DNA of 48,856 bases from an uncultured Atribacterota bacterium (GTDB lineage Bacteria; Atribacterota; Phoenicimicrobiia; Phoenicimicrobiales; Stramentimicrobiaceae). Below the pieces are notes generated by a model, which had not been told where the DNA came from, did no database searches, and saw only the letters and a program-made list of their open reading frames with translations. The translations under genes were made by a program, and so were the position numbers. Positions 21,786 through 31,029 of the stretch are shown here, in pieces. Where the stretch lies: the NCBI GenBank assembly GCA_964560535.1, contig CAZLMD010000003.1:1-48856 (forward strand). Direction: 5' to 3'. Every line of letters begins with the position of its first letter. The first letter of the stretch is position 1.

Positions 21786-21949
21786 GAGAAGAGATCTAAT
21801 ATTTAAGTAAGACAGATAATTTTTAAAACACTTGTTCTTTGTACAAATACTATATTATAAAGATAATTATAATGAGTTTGAATTATAAAAAGTATACTGA
21901 TAATCTTCTAACACATAAATATAATTTTATAGCTTTTTATAAATGAAAT

Positions 21950-22036
21950 GCCGGGATGGCGGAATAGGTAGACGCGCCAGCTTGAGGGGCTGGTAGGCTC
22001 ATGCTTGTGGGGGTTCAAATCCCCCTCCCGGCACCA
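21950..22036 (+). tRNA. tRNA-Leu (anticodon GAG)
   Basis: Acceptor GCCGGGA/TCCCGGC, anticodon stem CCAGC/GCTGG with loop TTGAGGG, long variable arm, T-arm GGGGG-TTCAAAT-CCCCC, encoded CCA. Confidence 0.9.
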
Positions 22037-22091
22037 GTGTTTAAAAAATATGAAAATAATTTCATCAAAAAATACTATATAAAATAAAAAT

Positions 22092-22454
22092 ATGAAAAAA
22101 ATAATATACTCATTGTTCATAGCACACCCTATATCAGTAACACTGGCAGTTAATCTTATTAATGCTTTCGAAGTATTTGAAATACGAACAGGAAGTATTA
22201 TAAATAGTAATATTTCTCTCAAAGAATGCCTAAAAGAATGCTTATATGAGTATTTAAAAAAGAATGAAAATGTGTCAAACAAAGGCCTTGATGTTTATTG
22301 CACAAACCTGTTAAACCATTCCAATAATGGAATAACCATTCCTACAGACATTCCCAATCTCCCAAACGATAGAACCTTAGAGTTTGATAGTAATAAAGGT
22401 TTATTTGGATTGTTTAATCAATATTTGCATTCTGATATAATGCTGTTCAATTGA
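22092..22454 (+). CDS. Hypothetical protein (doubtful ORF)
   Basis: 120-aa ORF in a very AT-rich spacer next to tRNA-Leu. No Shine-Dalgarno sequence and no recognisable motif; N/I/L-rich composition as expected from AT-rich non-coding DNA. Confidence 0.3.
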   Translation: MKKIIYSLFIAHPISVTLAVNLINAFEVFEIRTGSIINSNISLKECLKECLYEYLKKNENVSNKGLDVYCTNLLNHSNNGITIPTDIPNLPNDRTLEFDSNKGLFGLFNQYLHSDIMLFN

Positions 22455-22756
22455 TCTTAAAAAAAGTTTTTAATTTTTAAAGAGAATAAAAAAACTTAAC
22501 CAGATAGCTAAAATGGTGCTTGAGATGAAATTTTTTTACCGTAATGTCTATTCAAATGAGAAGTTTGTAAATAAACAATAAAGAAGAAGGCTTGGAATTA
22601 GAGAAGGAATAAAAGTTTTTTGTAATATATAGTGTTAATATAAAAATCCATAAATAGATATTTTTTATTTTAAGTAATATAATAAACTTCATTATTCATG
22701 ACTGAAAATAGTGAATTAAAAAATAATAAATAAAAGACCCATTGTGAGGTGATGTA

Positions 22757-23266
22757 ATGATATCTTTTTTAATCACTTTTGTTTTAAGTTTCATCGCTTA
22801 TCTACTCTTAACAGCCAGCCAGGGAGAGGTATTGAGGCTTTGGAGTCATTATGAAATCTTTGCAGGTTTAATAATTGCCATAATTGTTGCTGCTATGGCT
22901 TCCAGGGTACTATTCCAAAAGAAATCCTATCATTTTTTAAACCCCATGAAATGGATTCTCTTTTTGTTTTACTTTTTCGGTCCTTTTTTAGTAGCTCTGG
23001 CTCATGCGAATATAGATGTTGCCTATCGGGTTATAACTGGTAAGATTAATCCTGGTATTGTAAAGATATCTCCCGGATTAAAAAGTGATGGTGCCATAAC
23101 CCTGCTGGCCAATTCTATTACCTTAACACCTGGAACACTCAGCGTTGATATTGACGAGAGCAATAATGATCTTTACATTCATTGGATTAATGTTACTAAT
23201 TTAAAACCTTCTACTGAAGATATTTGTGGCACTTTTCCTTCATGGGTGAGGAGGATAACAGAATGA
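22757..23266 (+). CDS. mbhA: Mrp/Mnh antiporter subunit E-like (MbhA)
   Basis: 169 aa with two N-terminal TM helices and an MnhE-like C-terminal region. RBS GAGGTGA. It is the first gene of a set colinear with mbhA-N. Confidence 0.75.
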   Translation: MISFLITFVLSFIAYLLLTASQGEVLRLWSHYEIFAGLIIAIIVAAMASRVLFQKKSYHFLNPMKWILFLFYFFGPFLVALAHANIDVAYRVITGKINPGIVKISPGLKSDGAITLLANSITLTPGTLSVDIDESNNDLYIHWINVTNLKPSTEDICGTFPSWVRRITE

Positions 23267-23538
23267 CACAGTTATTAAGCCTTTTCTTGATAACAGCCGT
23301 ACTGATAGCATTCTTCATTTTAATGCCTCTTTTCCGGCTGATATCCGGCCCAACTGTTCCAGATCGTGTTGTAGCTCTAGATACAATAAATACCTACATA
23401 GTTGCTGCAATGATATTGTTTGGTGCAGCCTTTGAGGAGATAATCTATATCGATGTGGCTATTGTATACGCTTTATTGTCATATGTCGCTACTCTATATA
23501 TCGCAAAATATCTTGAGAGGAGGGGAAAGGACAATTGA
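23263..23538 (+). CDS. mbhB: Mrp/Mnh antiporter subunit F-like (MbhB)
   Basis: 91 aa with 3 TM helices. I place the start at ATG 23263 (ATGA overlap with the mbhA stop, RBS GAGGAGG) rather than at 23224. Confidence 0.75.
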   Translation: MTQLLSLFLITAVLIAFFILMPLFRLISGPTVPDRVVALDTINTYIVAAMILFGAAFEEIIYIDVAIVYALLSYVATLYIAKYLERRGKDN

Positions 23539-23897
23539 TCATTCTAACAATTTTTCTAATCATATTTTTATTAATTGGAGTATTTTTTTGTGGACTTGGG
23601 TCAGTGGGCTTATTGAGATTTCCTGATGTATATACCAGATTGCATGCTACCACAAAATGTACCACTTTTGGTTCAATCTTTACTTCCCTGTCTGTGATTA
23701 TTTTTGGTTTTTATTTTTGGAAAACTACTGGTGATTCAAAGTTTGGAGTCCTATCTATACACACATTGGTAGCTTTGGTCAGCCTTATTATTACTAACCC
23801 TACCGGATCCCATGCCATTGCCAGGGCAGCTCATCGGAGCGGAGTAATGCCTAAACAAGCTGTGATAGATGAACTGAAGGAGGCTAACTTGAAATGA
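23535..23897 (+). CDS. mbhC: Mrp/Mnh antiporter subunit G-like (MbhC)
   Basis: 120 aa with 3 TM helices. MnhG-like motif LLRFPDVYTRLHA. TTG start overlaps the upstream stop. Confidence 0.8.
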   Translation: MIILTIFLIIFLLIGVFFCGLGSVGLLRFPDVYTRLHATTKCTTFGSIFTSLSVIIFGFYFWKTTGDSKFGVLSIHTLVALVSLIITNPTGSHAIARAAHRSGVMPKQAVIDELKEANLK

Positions 23898-24136
23898 GTC
23901 CATTAGTTAGTATTGCTCATATTGTTGTATTGTTTATTATGGTTGTTGCTGCATTTTTAGCAGTCTACTTGCGTGATCTACTATCTTCTGTTATTGCATT
24001 AGCTGCGGCGAGTTTGCTCTTAGCCCTGGAATACTATCTTTTACATGCACCGGATGTAGCAATAGCTGAAGCGGGAATCGGAGCTGCTTTAACTATGGCA
24101 ATTTATATCTTTGCCATCAGAGCTACGAAGAAGTGA
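23894..24136 (+). CDS. mbhD: Small membrane subunit, MrpB N-terminal-like (MbhD)
   Basis: 80 aa with 3 TM helices. Assigned from its position in the operon. Confidence 0.65.
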   Translation: MSPLVSIAHIVVLFIMVVAAFLAVYLRDLLSSVIALAAASLLLALEYYLLHAPDVAIAEAGIGAALTMAIYIFAIRATKK

Positions 24137-24147
24137 GGAGTGAGAAA

Positions 24148-24414
24148 ATGAAGAAAACATTCTTTGTCATTGCTTTTATTTTTTTTCTATCTTTCATGCT
24201 TTTAGCCGCAGTCGGTATGAGACCTTTTGGTGAGCCAGTTTTCAGTGATATGGATGATTATTATATCAAAAATGCACAAGCAGAAACAGGGGCAAATAAT
24301 GTAGTTACTACCATAGTTTTTGATTACCGTGGCTTTGATACCCTTGGAGAAGGAACAGTATTGTTTACTGCCGTGATAGGTATCGTGGCACTATTCAGGG
24401 AGGTGGTAAAATGA
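24148..24414 (+). CDS. mbhE: Small membrane subunit, MrpB-like (MbhE)
   Basis: About 88 aa. ATG 24148 after GAGGAG is preferred over GTG 24133. The conserved segment NVVTTIVFDYRGFDTLGE is typical of MnhB-type proteins. Confidence 0.7.
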   Translation: MKKTFFVIAFIFFLSFMLLAAVGMRPFGEPVFSDMDDYYIKNAQAETGANNVVTTIVFDYRGFDTLGEGTVLFTAVIGIVALFREVVK

Positions 24415-24890
24415 TTGATGAAATGTCAAAAATTGTTAGGACCATGACAAACTTTATCTATGGTCTTATCATGGTTTACGGTTTTTATGTTATTGCACAT
24501 GGACACCTTTCACCAGGGGGTGGTTTCCAGGGGGGTGCAATAGTGGCGTCAGCCTTTGCTTTGCTACTGGTAACCTACGGCACTGATAAGGTTCAAAGTT
24601 TTATATCGAAAGATTTACTTTCTATCCTGGAAAGTACAGGATTACTTTTGTTTATTACTTTTGCTTTTTTAGGATTAGGGGTCACGTTTTTCTACAATTT
24701 TTTGTCAAATAGCGGCGGTTTATTTGGTTCACCGGCGACCATTGGTGTGAACCCAGGCGATCTTAATACAGGGGGAACAATTGCACTGATGAATATGGCA
24801 GTAGGATTAGAAGTATTAGCAGCATTAGGTGTAATAGTTCTAACCATGTCTGCTGCAGCTGAAGCACTGAATAAGGAGGAAAAACATTGA
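24411..24890 (+). CDS. mbhF: Membrane subunit, MrpB C-terminal-like (MbhF)
   Basis: 159 aa. The HLSPGGGFQGG motif is typical of the MnhB domain. ATGA overlap with the upstream gene. Confidence 0.75.
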   Translation: MIDEMSKIVRTMTNFIYGLIMVYGFYVIAHGHLSPGGGFQGGAIVASAFALLLVTYGTDKVQSFISKDLLSILESTGLLLFITFAFLGLGVTFFYNFLSNSGGLFGSPATIGVNPGDLNTGGTIALMNMAVGLEVLAALGVIVLTMSAAAEALNKEEKH

Positions 24891-24891
24891 T

Positions 24892-25239
24892 ATGATGGGA
24901 AATCTACCTTTTGTTTCAGTAATAATCTTGATTGGATTAGGGATCTATTCCCTTCTTTTTAAAAAAAATTTGATTAAGATAGCCATTGGGTTAACACTGA
25001 TTGAAAGTGGCGTTAACTTGTTCTTAATTGCTCTTGGATACCGAAAGGGAGCTGTTGCTCCAATCTATACACAGGCTCCAGAAGGAGTCAAAATGGCTTT
25101 ACCAACACCTCAAGCCTTATGCCTTACAAGCATAGTTATTGGTGTAGCTACAACAGCTCTAATTCTTTCCATTGTGATGATAATTTATAAAAAGTATGGT
25201 ACCTTAAATACTGATGAGATAAGGAGGCTAAAGGGATGA
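24892..25239 (+). CDS. mbhG: MrpC/NuoK-like membrane subunit (MbhG)
   Basis: 115 aa with 3 TM helices, NuoK/MnhC-like. Confidence 0.75.
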   Translation: MMGNLPFVSVIILIGLGIYSLLFKKNLIKIAIGLTLIESGVNLFLIALGYRKGAVAPIYTQAPEGVKMALPTPQALCLTSIVIGVATTALILSIVMIIYKKYGTLNTDEIRRLKG

Positions 25240-26804
25240 GCGGTATTCTTTTACATGCACCTGCTCTGGTAATCGCATTGCCTCTTTTGGCAGCTTTTAT
25301 TATTCCAATACTGAACCGTTTCAATCGTAAGCTAATAAGTCAGCTGACATCTCTCGTATTAGGATTGACATTGATATTGGTTATATTGATAGCTAGACAG
25401 GTATTAACCAACGGGCCGTTGGTGTATGTCTTCGGCGGTTCCGGAACAAATTTGACTTTACCATCCGGATATTCTATTCCTATCAGAATAATATTTCAAA
25501 TCGATGCAATGGGAATATTTATGGGTTTAATCACTGCAGTAGTATCTTTTTTAGCAGCCATATTTTCAAAATCTTATATGGAACAACAGACTGGTTTGGA
25601 TAAATACTATACATTGTTACTTTTATTAGCCACCAGCATGTTTGGAATGGAATTAACTGGAGACATATTCAACTTTTTCGTATTTTTTGAAATAGCTTCA
25701 ATATCCTCTGTATCGCTAATTGCTTTTCGGAGTACAATTTCGGGAGAACCAGCTGAAGCTGGATTAAAATATATGATAGTTAGCTCCGTATCAGCATTAA
25801 TGGTATTATTTTCAATCGGATTATTCTATGGGCAGTATGGTGTTTTAAATATAGCAGCAATTGCAAAAGCTATTCAATTTACTCAACTTGATAAGATAGC
25901 ATTAATCCTTATGTTAACTGTCCTGGCCATGAAAGCCGGATCAGTTCCTATGCATATGTGGACACCAGATGCTTATTCAGAAGCACCTGCAGCAATTACT
26001 ATGGTTTTAGTTGCTGCCAGCCAAGCTAGTCTGTATGCTCTTTTTAGAATACTTTTTTCCATTTACAATGTTACCTTAAACGTAGTAACAATTGGATGGA
26101 TTATTATTATATTGGGTGTGCTTTCTATGTTTATAGGTGTTACGATGGCTATTATACAGACAGATATTAAACGTCTAATGGCATACCATGCAATTTCACA
26201 GACCGGTTATATGCTTTTGGGTGTAGGAGTAGGACTGGCTGTTTTGACCAACCCTATAGCAATGGAGAGTTTTGGAATAAAAGCAATGGAAGGTGGAATA
26301 TTCCATATTATGAACCATGCGGTGTATAAAGGGTTGTTATTTCTAACGGCAGGATCTTTATTCTATAGAACCGGTACCAGAGATTTAAACAGAATGGGTG
26401 GTTTAGCTAATAATATGACCTATACAGCTATATTTTTTATTATAGGTGCAGCAGCTATTGCCGGTATACCACCTTTTAATGGGTTTGCTTCTAAATTAAT
26501 TATCTACCAGTCAGTCTATCAGTTTAACCCTTTATTATCAATAATAGCAATGCTTGTAAGTATTCTTACTCTGGCATCTTTTGTAAAAGTCTTTCATAGT
26601 GCATTTTTAGGCCCTCAGATGGAACAGTATAAATCAATACAGGAAGTCCCTAAAAGTATGGTTTTTGCAATGGCTACACTTGCCTGTATCATAGTATTTT
26701 TTGGACTATTTCCTGATATTATTGTTAAATACATTGTTAATCCAGCAGTGATGGCTTTGATTGATCAGGCTGGTTATACTGCAACAATATTGGGAGGAAT
26801 GTAA
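25236..26804 (+). CDS. mbhH: MrpD/NuoL-M-N-like antiporter subunit (MbhH)
   Basis: 522 aa with about 14 TM helices. Proton-conducting-membrane-transporter core (MKAGSVPMHMWTPDAY, HAVYKGLLFL). Confidence 0.85.
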   Translation: MSGILLHAPALVIALPLLAAFIIPILNRFNRKLISQLTSLVLGLTLILVILIARQVLTNGPLVYVFGGSGTNLTLPSGYSIPIRIIFQIDAMGIFMGLITAVVSFLAAIFSKSYMEQQTGLDKYYTLLLLLATSMFGMELTGDIFNFFVFFEIASISSVSLIAFRSTISGEPAEAGLKYMIVSSVSALMVLFSIGLFYGQYGVLNIAAIAKAIQFTQLDKIALILMLTVLAMKAGSVPMHMWTPDAYSEAPAAITMVLVAASQASLYALFRILFSIYNVTLNVVTIGWIIIILGVLSMFIGVTMAIIQTDIKRLMAYHAISQTGYMLLGVGVGLAVLTNPIAMESFGIKAMEGGIFHIMNHAVYKGLLFLTAGSLFYRTGTRDLNRMGGLANNMTYTAIFFIIGAAAIAGIPPFNGFASKLIIYQSVYQFNPLLSIIAMLVSILTLASFVKVFHSAFLGPQMEQYKSIQEVPKSMVFAMATLACIIVFFGLFPDIIVKYIVNPAVMALIDQAGYTATILGGM

Positions 26805-26806
26805 AT

Positions 26807-27148
26807 ATGAATATTGGTTTATTAGAAACTGGAAGCGGCCATTGGAATGCAATAATATGGGTAATATTTACAGTAATAGTTGGAATTGGGGTGCTATGGT
26901 TAAGGAGTAAGGGAGAAGAAAAGTATAAGAAGAATACAAACCAAACCAAACCATTCCTTTCCGGTAACCCAGAAATAAGCAAGGAAGATTCTCATGTCGG
27001 GGCAAGTCATATATATTGGGGATTTACCGAGGCTTTAAAAAATTACTATAAGCCCCTTGTAAAATTGCATACCGGAAGTATTAATGATTACTGTGGATGG
27101 ATTATTCTGGTTATGGCTATCATCTTTATTATAGTTGGAGTGAGTTAA
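26807..27148 (+). CDS. mbhI: Small membrane subunit (MbhI-like)
   Basis: 113 aa with two TM helices flanking a charged loop. Assigned by its position between the antiporter-like subunit and the NuoB-like subunit. Confidence 0.6.
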   Translation: MNIGLLETGSGHWNAIIWVIFTVIVGIGVLWLRSKGEEKYKKNTNQTKPFLSGNPEISKEDSHVGASHIYWGFTEALKNYYKPLVKLHTGSINDYCGWIILVMAIIFIIVGVS

Positions 27149-27152
27149 TACC

Positions 27153-27623
27153 ATGAAATTAGATAAATATTTTGATCGTTCTCTATGGGTATTCCATTTA
27201 AATACAGGGTCATGTAATGGTTGTGATATAGAAATAGTTGCTTTACTGACACCTAGGTATGATGTGGAAAGATTTGGAATAAAATTGGTGGGTAGTCCAA
27301 AACATGCTGATGTATTATTGGTAACTGGACCTGTTAACAGAAAAATGCTACCCAGATTAAAATTGATATATGAACAGGTTCCCGACCCTAAAGCTGTTAT
27401 AGTAGTAGGAACTTGTGGGTCAAGTGGTGGTGTGTTCTATGATTCTTACAATATAGTGGGACCTGTTGACAAACATATACCTGTTGATGTTTATGTGCCG
27501 GGCTGTCCTATAAGACCAGAGGCAATAATTAACGGTGTTTTAAAAGCCTGGTTAAAATTGGAAAGATTAAGGGGTTCGACAGGGGAAGAAATTGAAAAGA
27601 AAATAGAAGAAATTAGTGTATAA
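27153..27623 (+). CDS. mbhJ: [NiFe]-hydrogenase small subunit, NuoB-like (MbhJ)
   Basis: 156 aa. Cys ligands for the proximal [4Fe-4S] cluster lie in GSCNGCD, GTCG and VPGCP. Confidence 0.9.
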   Translation: MKLDKYFDRSLWVFHLNTGSCNGCDIEIVALLTPRYDVERFGIKLVGSPKHADVLLVTGPVNRKMLPRLKLIYEQVPDPKAVIVVGTCGSSGGVFYDSYNIVGPVDKHIPVDVYVPGCPIRPEAIINGVLKAWLKLERLRGSTGEEIEKKIEEISV

Positions 27624-27648
27624 AACAATAGAAGGTTTAGGTGATAAT

Positions 27649-28164
27649 ATGGAGTTTCTTAATGCCAAGGAGTTATTATCATTTTTACAAGAAAGATTAA
27701 AAGAGAATATTTTAGATAGCCGTCTTGAGTCCAGGAAAGCAGGAGTCAAGCAGGAAGAGTTTAATAACATCTGGTTAGAAGTAAAGAAAGAAAGCTTTAG
27801 AGATACTGTTAAGTTATTAATGGAGCTACAATATCCTCATATCGCCATTATTGCAGGGAATGATACGGGGGAAAAAATAGAACTTGTCTATCTATTTTCT
27901 CTTTTTTATGGAGAAAAGTTTAAAGAGATTTCAATTAATATAAAAGTTAGCTTAGAAAGAGAAAACTCATCTATTGAGAGCATTACAGATTTAATTCCTG
28001 GTGCTCAGACTACAGAGAGAGAAACAAAAGAGATGCTGGGAGTAGAATTTGTAGGCCTTCCAGAAATGCATAATGTATTTTTACCGGAAGATTTTCCAAA
28101 AGATGTTTTTCCTTTTCGAAAAGATCAAAAAGGCTTGGACGAACTTGTTCCAAAGGAAAGTTGA
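27649..28164 (+). CDS. mbhK: NuoC-like hydrogenase subunit (MbhK)
   Basis: About 171 aa. ATG 27649 after AGGTGA is preferred over GTG 27616. NuoC/HycE-N-like segment ERETKEMLGVEFVG. Confidence 0.8.
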   Translation: MEFLNAKELLSFLQERLKENILDSRLESRKAGVKQEEFNNIWLEVKKESFRDTVKLLMELQYPHIAIIAGNDTGEKIELVYLFSLFYGEKFKEISINIKVSLERENSSIESITDLIPGAQTTERETKEMLGVEFVGLPEMHNVFLPEDFPKDVFPFRKDQKGLDELVPKES

Positions 28165-28175
28165 GGTGATTGTAA

Positions 28176-29399
28176 TTGAGTATATCTACATATAAAGTGC
28201 CTATTGGACCAATACACCCGTCGTTGGCAGAACCAATGACTTTTAATTTTGAGATATCTGGTGAAAGGATTCAATCAGTAGACCTAGCCCCCGGAGATAA
28301 CCACCGAGGTATTGAGTTTATGGGGAGAAATAGGAATATAATTCAAATTATATATCTGGCTGAGAGAATTTGCGGAATATGCTCAGCTTCCCATCCATTT
28401 GCTTTTTGCCGGGCTGTAGAAAATGCTGCTGGTATTGAAGTCCCACCCAGAGCTGAATATATTCGGGTTATTATTTCTGAATTAGAAAGAATCCAATCTC
28501 ATATCTTGTGGGCTGGCATAGCTGCACAGGAGTTAGGTTTTAATTCAGTGCTATATCTTTCCTGGAAAGTAAGGGAAGAAGTAATGGATTTACTGGAAAT
28601 ACTTACAGGTAACAGGGTAAACTATGGAATGTTCATGATAGGAGGGGTTAGAAGAGATATATCTGAACAACAAATACCCAGAATTAAAAAAACTCTGCAA
28701 TATTATAAAGATGTATACCAGACGCTGGAAGATGTATTCCTTAAAGATCCAAGCATTGCTTTAAGAACAAAAGGTGTAGGAATAATGACTTACGAAGAGG
28801 CATTGCATTTGGCTAGTGTTGGGCCTACTGCAAGAGCATCTGGAGTAAATAAAGATGTCAGACAGGATCAACCTTATTCAGCTTACGCTGATTTAGACAT
28901 CAAAGCAATTATGCCAGATGCCTATAATGGTGAAACGAATGGCGATGTTTATGATCGTATTGTTGTTCGCATATTAGAAGTATTTCAATCTGTTCAAATT
29001 ATAGAGCAATGTTTAGAGAATTTGCCAGAAGGGGAAATATTGTCAGAGGAGAAACTTGTTAAATTATTGGGAATATTAAAAAAAGCTAAAGGTGAAGGAG
29101 TAGGAAGGCATGAGGCTCCCCGTGGCGAGGTTATCCATTATGTAAAACTGAATGGTTCTGAAAACCCTGAAGTGTGGAAAGCTAGAGCACCAACGTATAA
29201 TAATTTAATGTCCTGGTTACCAATGCTGAGAAGACAGGAAGTTGCAGACATCCCTATCGTTATTGCTTCTATTGACCCTTGTATTGGGTGTATGGATAGA
29301 GTAACTCTAGTCGAATCTAATACATATAAAAAGCAAGTATTGACCAGGGAAGAATTAAGAAAGTTAAGTATCGAAAAAACCAGGAGGATATTGGGATGA
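28176..29399 (+). CDS. mbhL: Group 4 membrane-bound [NiFe]-hydrogenase large subunit, NuoD-like (MbhL)
   Basis: 407 aa. Both NiFe-ligand motifs are intact: N-terminal RICGICSASH and C-terminal DPCIGCMDR, the latter followed by a ~32-aa tail. Confidence 0.92.
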   Translation: MSISTYKVPIGPIHPSLAEPMTFNFEISGERIQSVDLAPGDNHRGIEFMGRNRNIIQIIYLAERICGICSASHPFAFCRAVENAAGIEVPPRAEYIRVIISELERIQSHILWAGIAAQELGFNSVLYLSWKVREEVMDLLEILTGNRVNYGMFMIGGVRRDISEQQIPRIKKTLQYYKDVYQTLEDVFLKDPSIALRTKGVGIMTYEEALHLASVGPTARASGVNKDVRQDQPYSAYADLDIKAIMPDAYNGETNGDVYDRIVVRILEVFQSVQIIEQCLENLPEGEILSEEKLVKLLGILKKAKGEGVGRHEAPRGEVIHYVKLNGSENPEVWKARAPTYNNLMSWLPMLRRQEVADIPIVIASIDPCIGCMDRVTLVESNTYKKQVLTREELRKLSIEKTRRILG

Positions 29400-30406
29400 G
29401 CGGAGGAAGTGTTATAATCTTTGTTCTCAAAATATTTGCAGTGTTAATAATAGCTATACTGGGTATAGCGGTAGGGCTGCTTTATAAGGGCATTGATCGA
29501 AAGTTAGCTGCAATGCTGCAATCACGAGTAGGACCTCCCATTAGACAACCATTCCTTGATTTTTTCAAATTGATGTTAAAAGAGAATATTATCCCTGAAA
29601 ACGCCATTCCCTGGGTCTTTAATGGTGCCCCGGTCCTGGCACTGGTCTCTTCGATCACTATTCTATTTTACATTCCATTTGGACCTATACCGGCCTTACT
29701 ATCAAATTCTGGTGATTTGATATTGATTGCATATCTATTAACTATTCCAGCCGTTGCACTGGTAACAGGTGGTTTTTCTTCCGGGTCCACTTATGCCAGT
29801 ATCGGAGCACAAAGAGAAATGGTTTTGATGATGAGCTATGAATTTCCCCTGGTTACAACTATTATAGCCCTGGGGTGGCGATTAAGCCTTTCTTTCCCGG
29901 GAATGAAAGTATTTTCTTTAGCTGCTTTAAGTGCAAATCCAATTTGGGGATTGGTTGGCCCACTCGGTTTTCTTGGTGCCCTTCTGCTGCTTTTTACTTT
30001 AGCAATTGTAACTCCAGCAGAACTATCTATTGTTCCTTTTGATACACCTGAGGCAGAAACAGAGATAGCAGGTGGAGCCTTAGTAGAATATTCAGGGCGA
30101 AATTTAGCATTATTTGAGCTGGCTAACGCAGTAAAGTTATTGATAATGGGTTCATTAACTATTGCCTTATTTTTTCCATATAATATAGCCCATTTATTTT
30201 CTTTGACTGGTTTGTTAGCATACATTATAGATATTCTATTCTTTTTCTTCAAATTGTTCATTGTAGTATTTTTCGAATCAACATTTATCCGTGTTGCCAT
30301 TGCTCGTTTAAAAATTGACCAGGCTTCAGCAGCTTATCTAATCTTTCTTTCTATGGTTGGATTGATGGGGTTGTTATTGCTGGCAATTGATTTTAGATTT
30401 TTATAA
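29396..30406 (+). CDS. mbhM: NuoH-like membrane subunit (MbhM)
   Basis: 336 aa with about 8 TM helices. NuoH/HycD-like segments (SRVGPP, EAETEIAGG, EYSG). Confidence 0.85.
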   Translation: MSGGSVIIFVLKIFAVLIIAILGIAVGLLYKGIDRKLAAMLQSRVGPPIRQPFLDFFKLMLKENIIPENAIPWVFNGAPVLALVSSITILFYIPFGPIPALLSNSGDLILIAYLLTIPAVALVTGGFSSGSTYASIGAQREMVLMMSYEFPLVTTIIALGWRLSLSFPGMKVFSLAALSANPIWGLVGPLGFLGALLLLFTLAIVTPAELSIVPFDTPEAETEIAGGALVEYSGRNLALFELANAVKLLIMGSLTIALFFPYNIAHLFSLTGLLAYIIDILFFFFKLFIVVFFESTFIRVAIARLKIDQASAAYLIFLSMVGLMGLLLLAIDFRFL

Positions 30407-30433
30407 TTATTTCTATTTAAGAGGTGATAAATA

Positions 30434-30841
30434 ATGCCCACTCCAATAGTGTTTGAATTAATCAAACAACTTTTTCATAAACCTACGACTAATTGTTTTC
30501 CGGTTAAATATCATCCTGGAAAAACAACAGTTACAGATCTGATTAATAAAGTACAAGACGGTCAGGCTGAAATAAACCCTCCGGTAACTATACCGGAAAA
30601 ATTTAGAGGTAAAATAGATTATAATAAAGAAACATGTATAGGCTGTCGTTTATGCATAAGAGTATGTCCATCTCGAGCTATTGAATTTTTACCTGAAGAA
30701 AAGAAGATCAAGATTAGAATTGACCGCTGTATATTTTGTTCACAATGTAATGATATTTGCCCTGTTAACTCTTTAAGCATGTCTGAAAATTTTCTATTAG
30801 CAAATGAAGACCGCTTAGATTCAGAGATGATTGTACGATAG
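30434..30841 (+). CDS. mbhN: NuoI-like 2x[4Fe-4S] ferredoxin subunit (MbhN)
   Basis: 135 aa with two CxxCxxCxxxCP motifs (CIGCRLCIRVCP and CIFCSQCNDICP). Confidence 0.88.
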   Translation: MPTPIVFELIKQLFHKPTTNCFPVKYHPGKTTVTDLINKVQDGQAEINPPVTIPEKFRGKIDYNKETCIGCRLCIRVCPSRAIEFLPEEKKIKIRIDRCIFCSQCNDICPVNSLSMSENFLLANEDRLDSEMIVR

Positions 30842-31029
30842 TATCTGGTTTAAATTAAAATAATGTCAACATTCTTTAAGTAAAAACTTTGAGTCATAAA
30901 AATTGTTGAATTAGCAATAGAAAGACATACTGATTGTACACATGTCTAAAGATTGCTTGGCATTGCTTACCTTTTCATTTAAAAAGATACTGCTTAATTG
31001 GTGTAATGTGTTACAAGCATACAGGCAGG

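Noticed and set aside
21908-22282. A 124-aa minus-strand ORF, and likewise 11591-11818 and 11668-11907.
   Set aside because: They overlap the tRNA-Leu(GAG) and tRNA-Arg(CCT) genes on the opposite strand, so they are spurious.
22742-22759. A TTGTGAG Rex-like half-site just before mbhA.
   Set aside because: There is no matching right half-site, and it overlaps the GAGGTGA ribosome-binding site. It is most likely coincidental.
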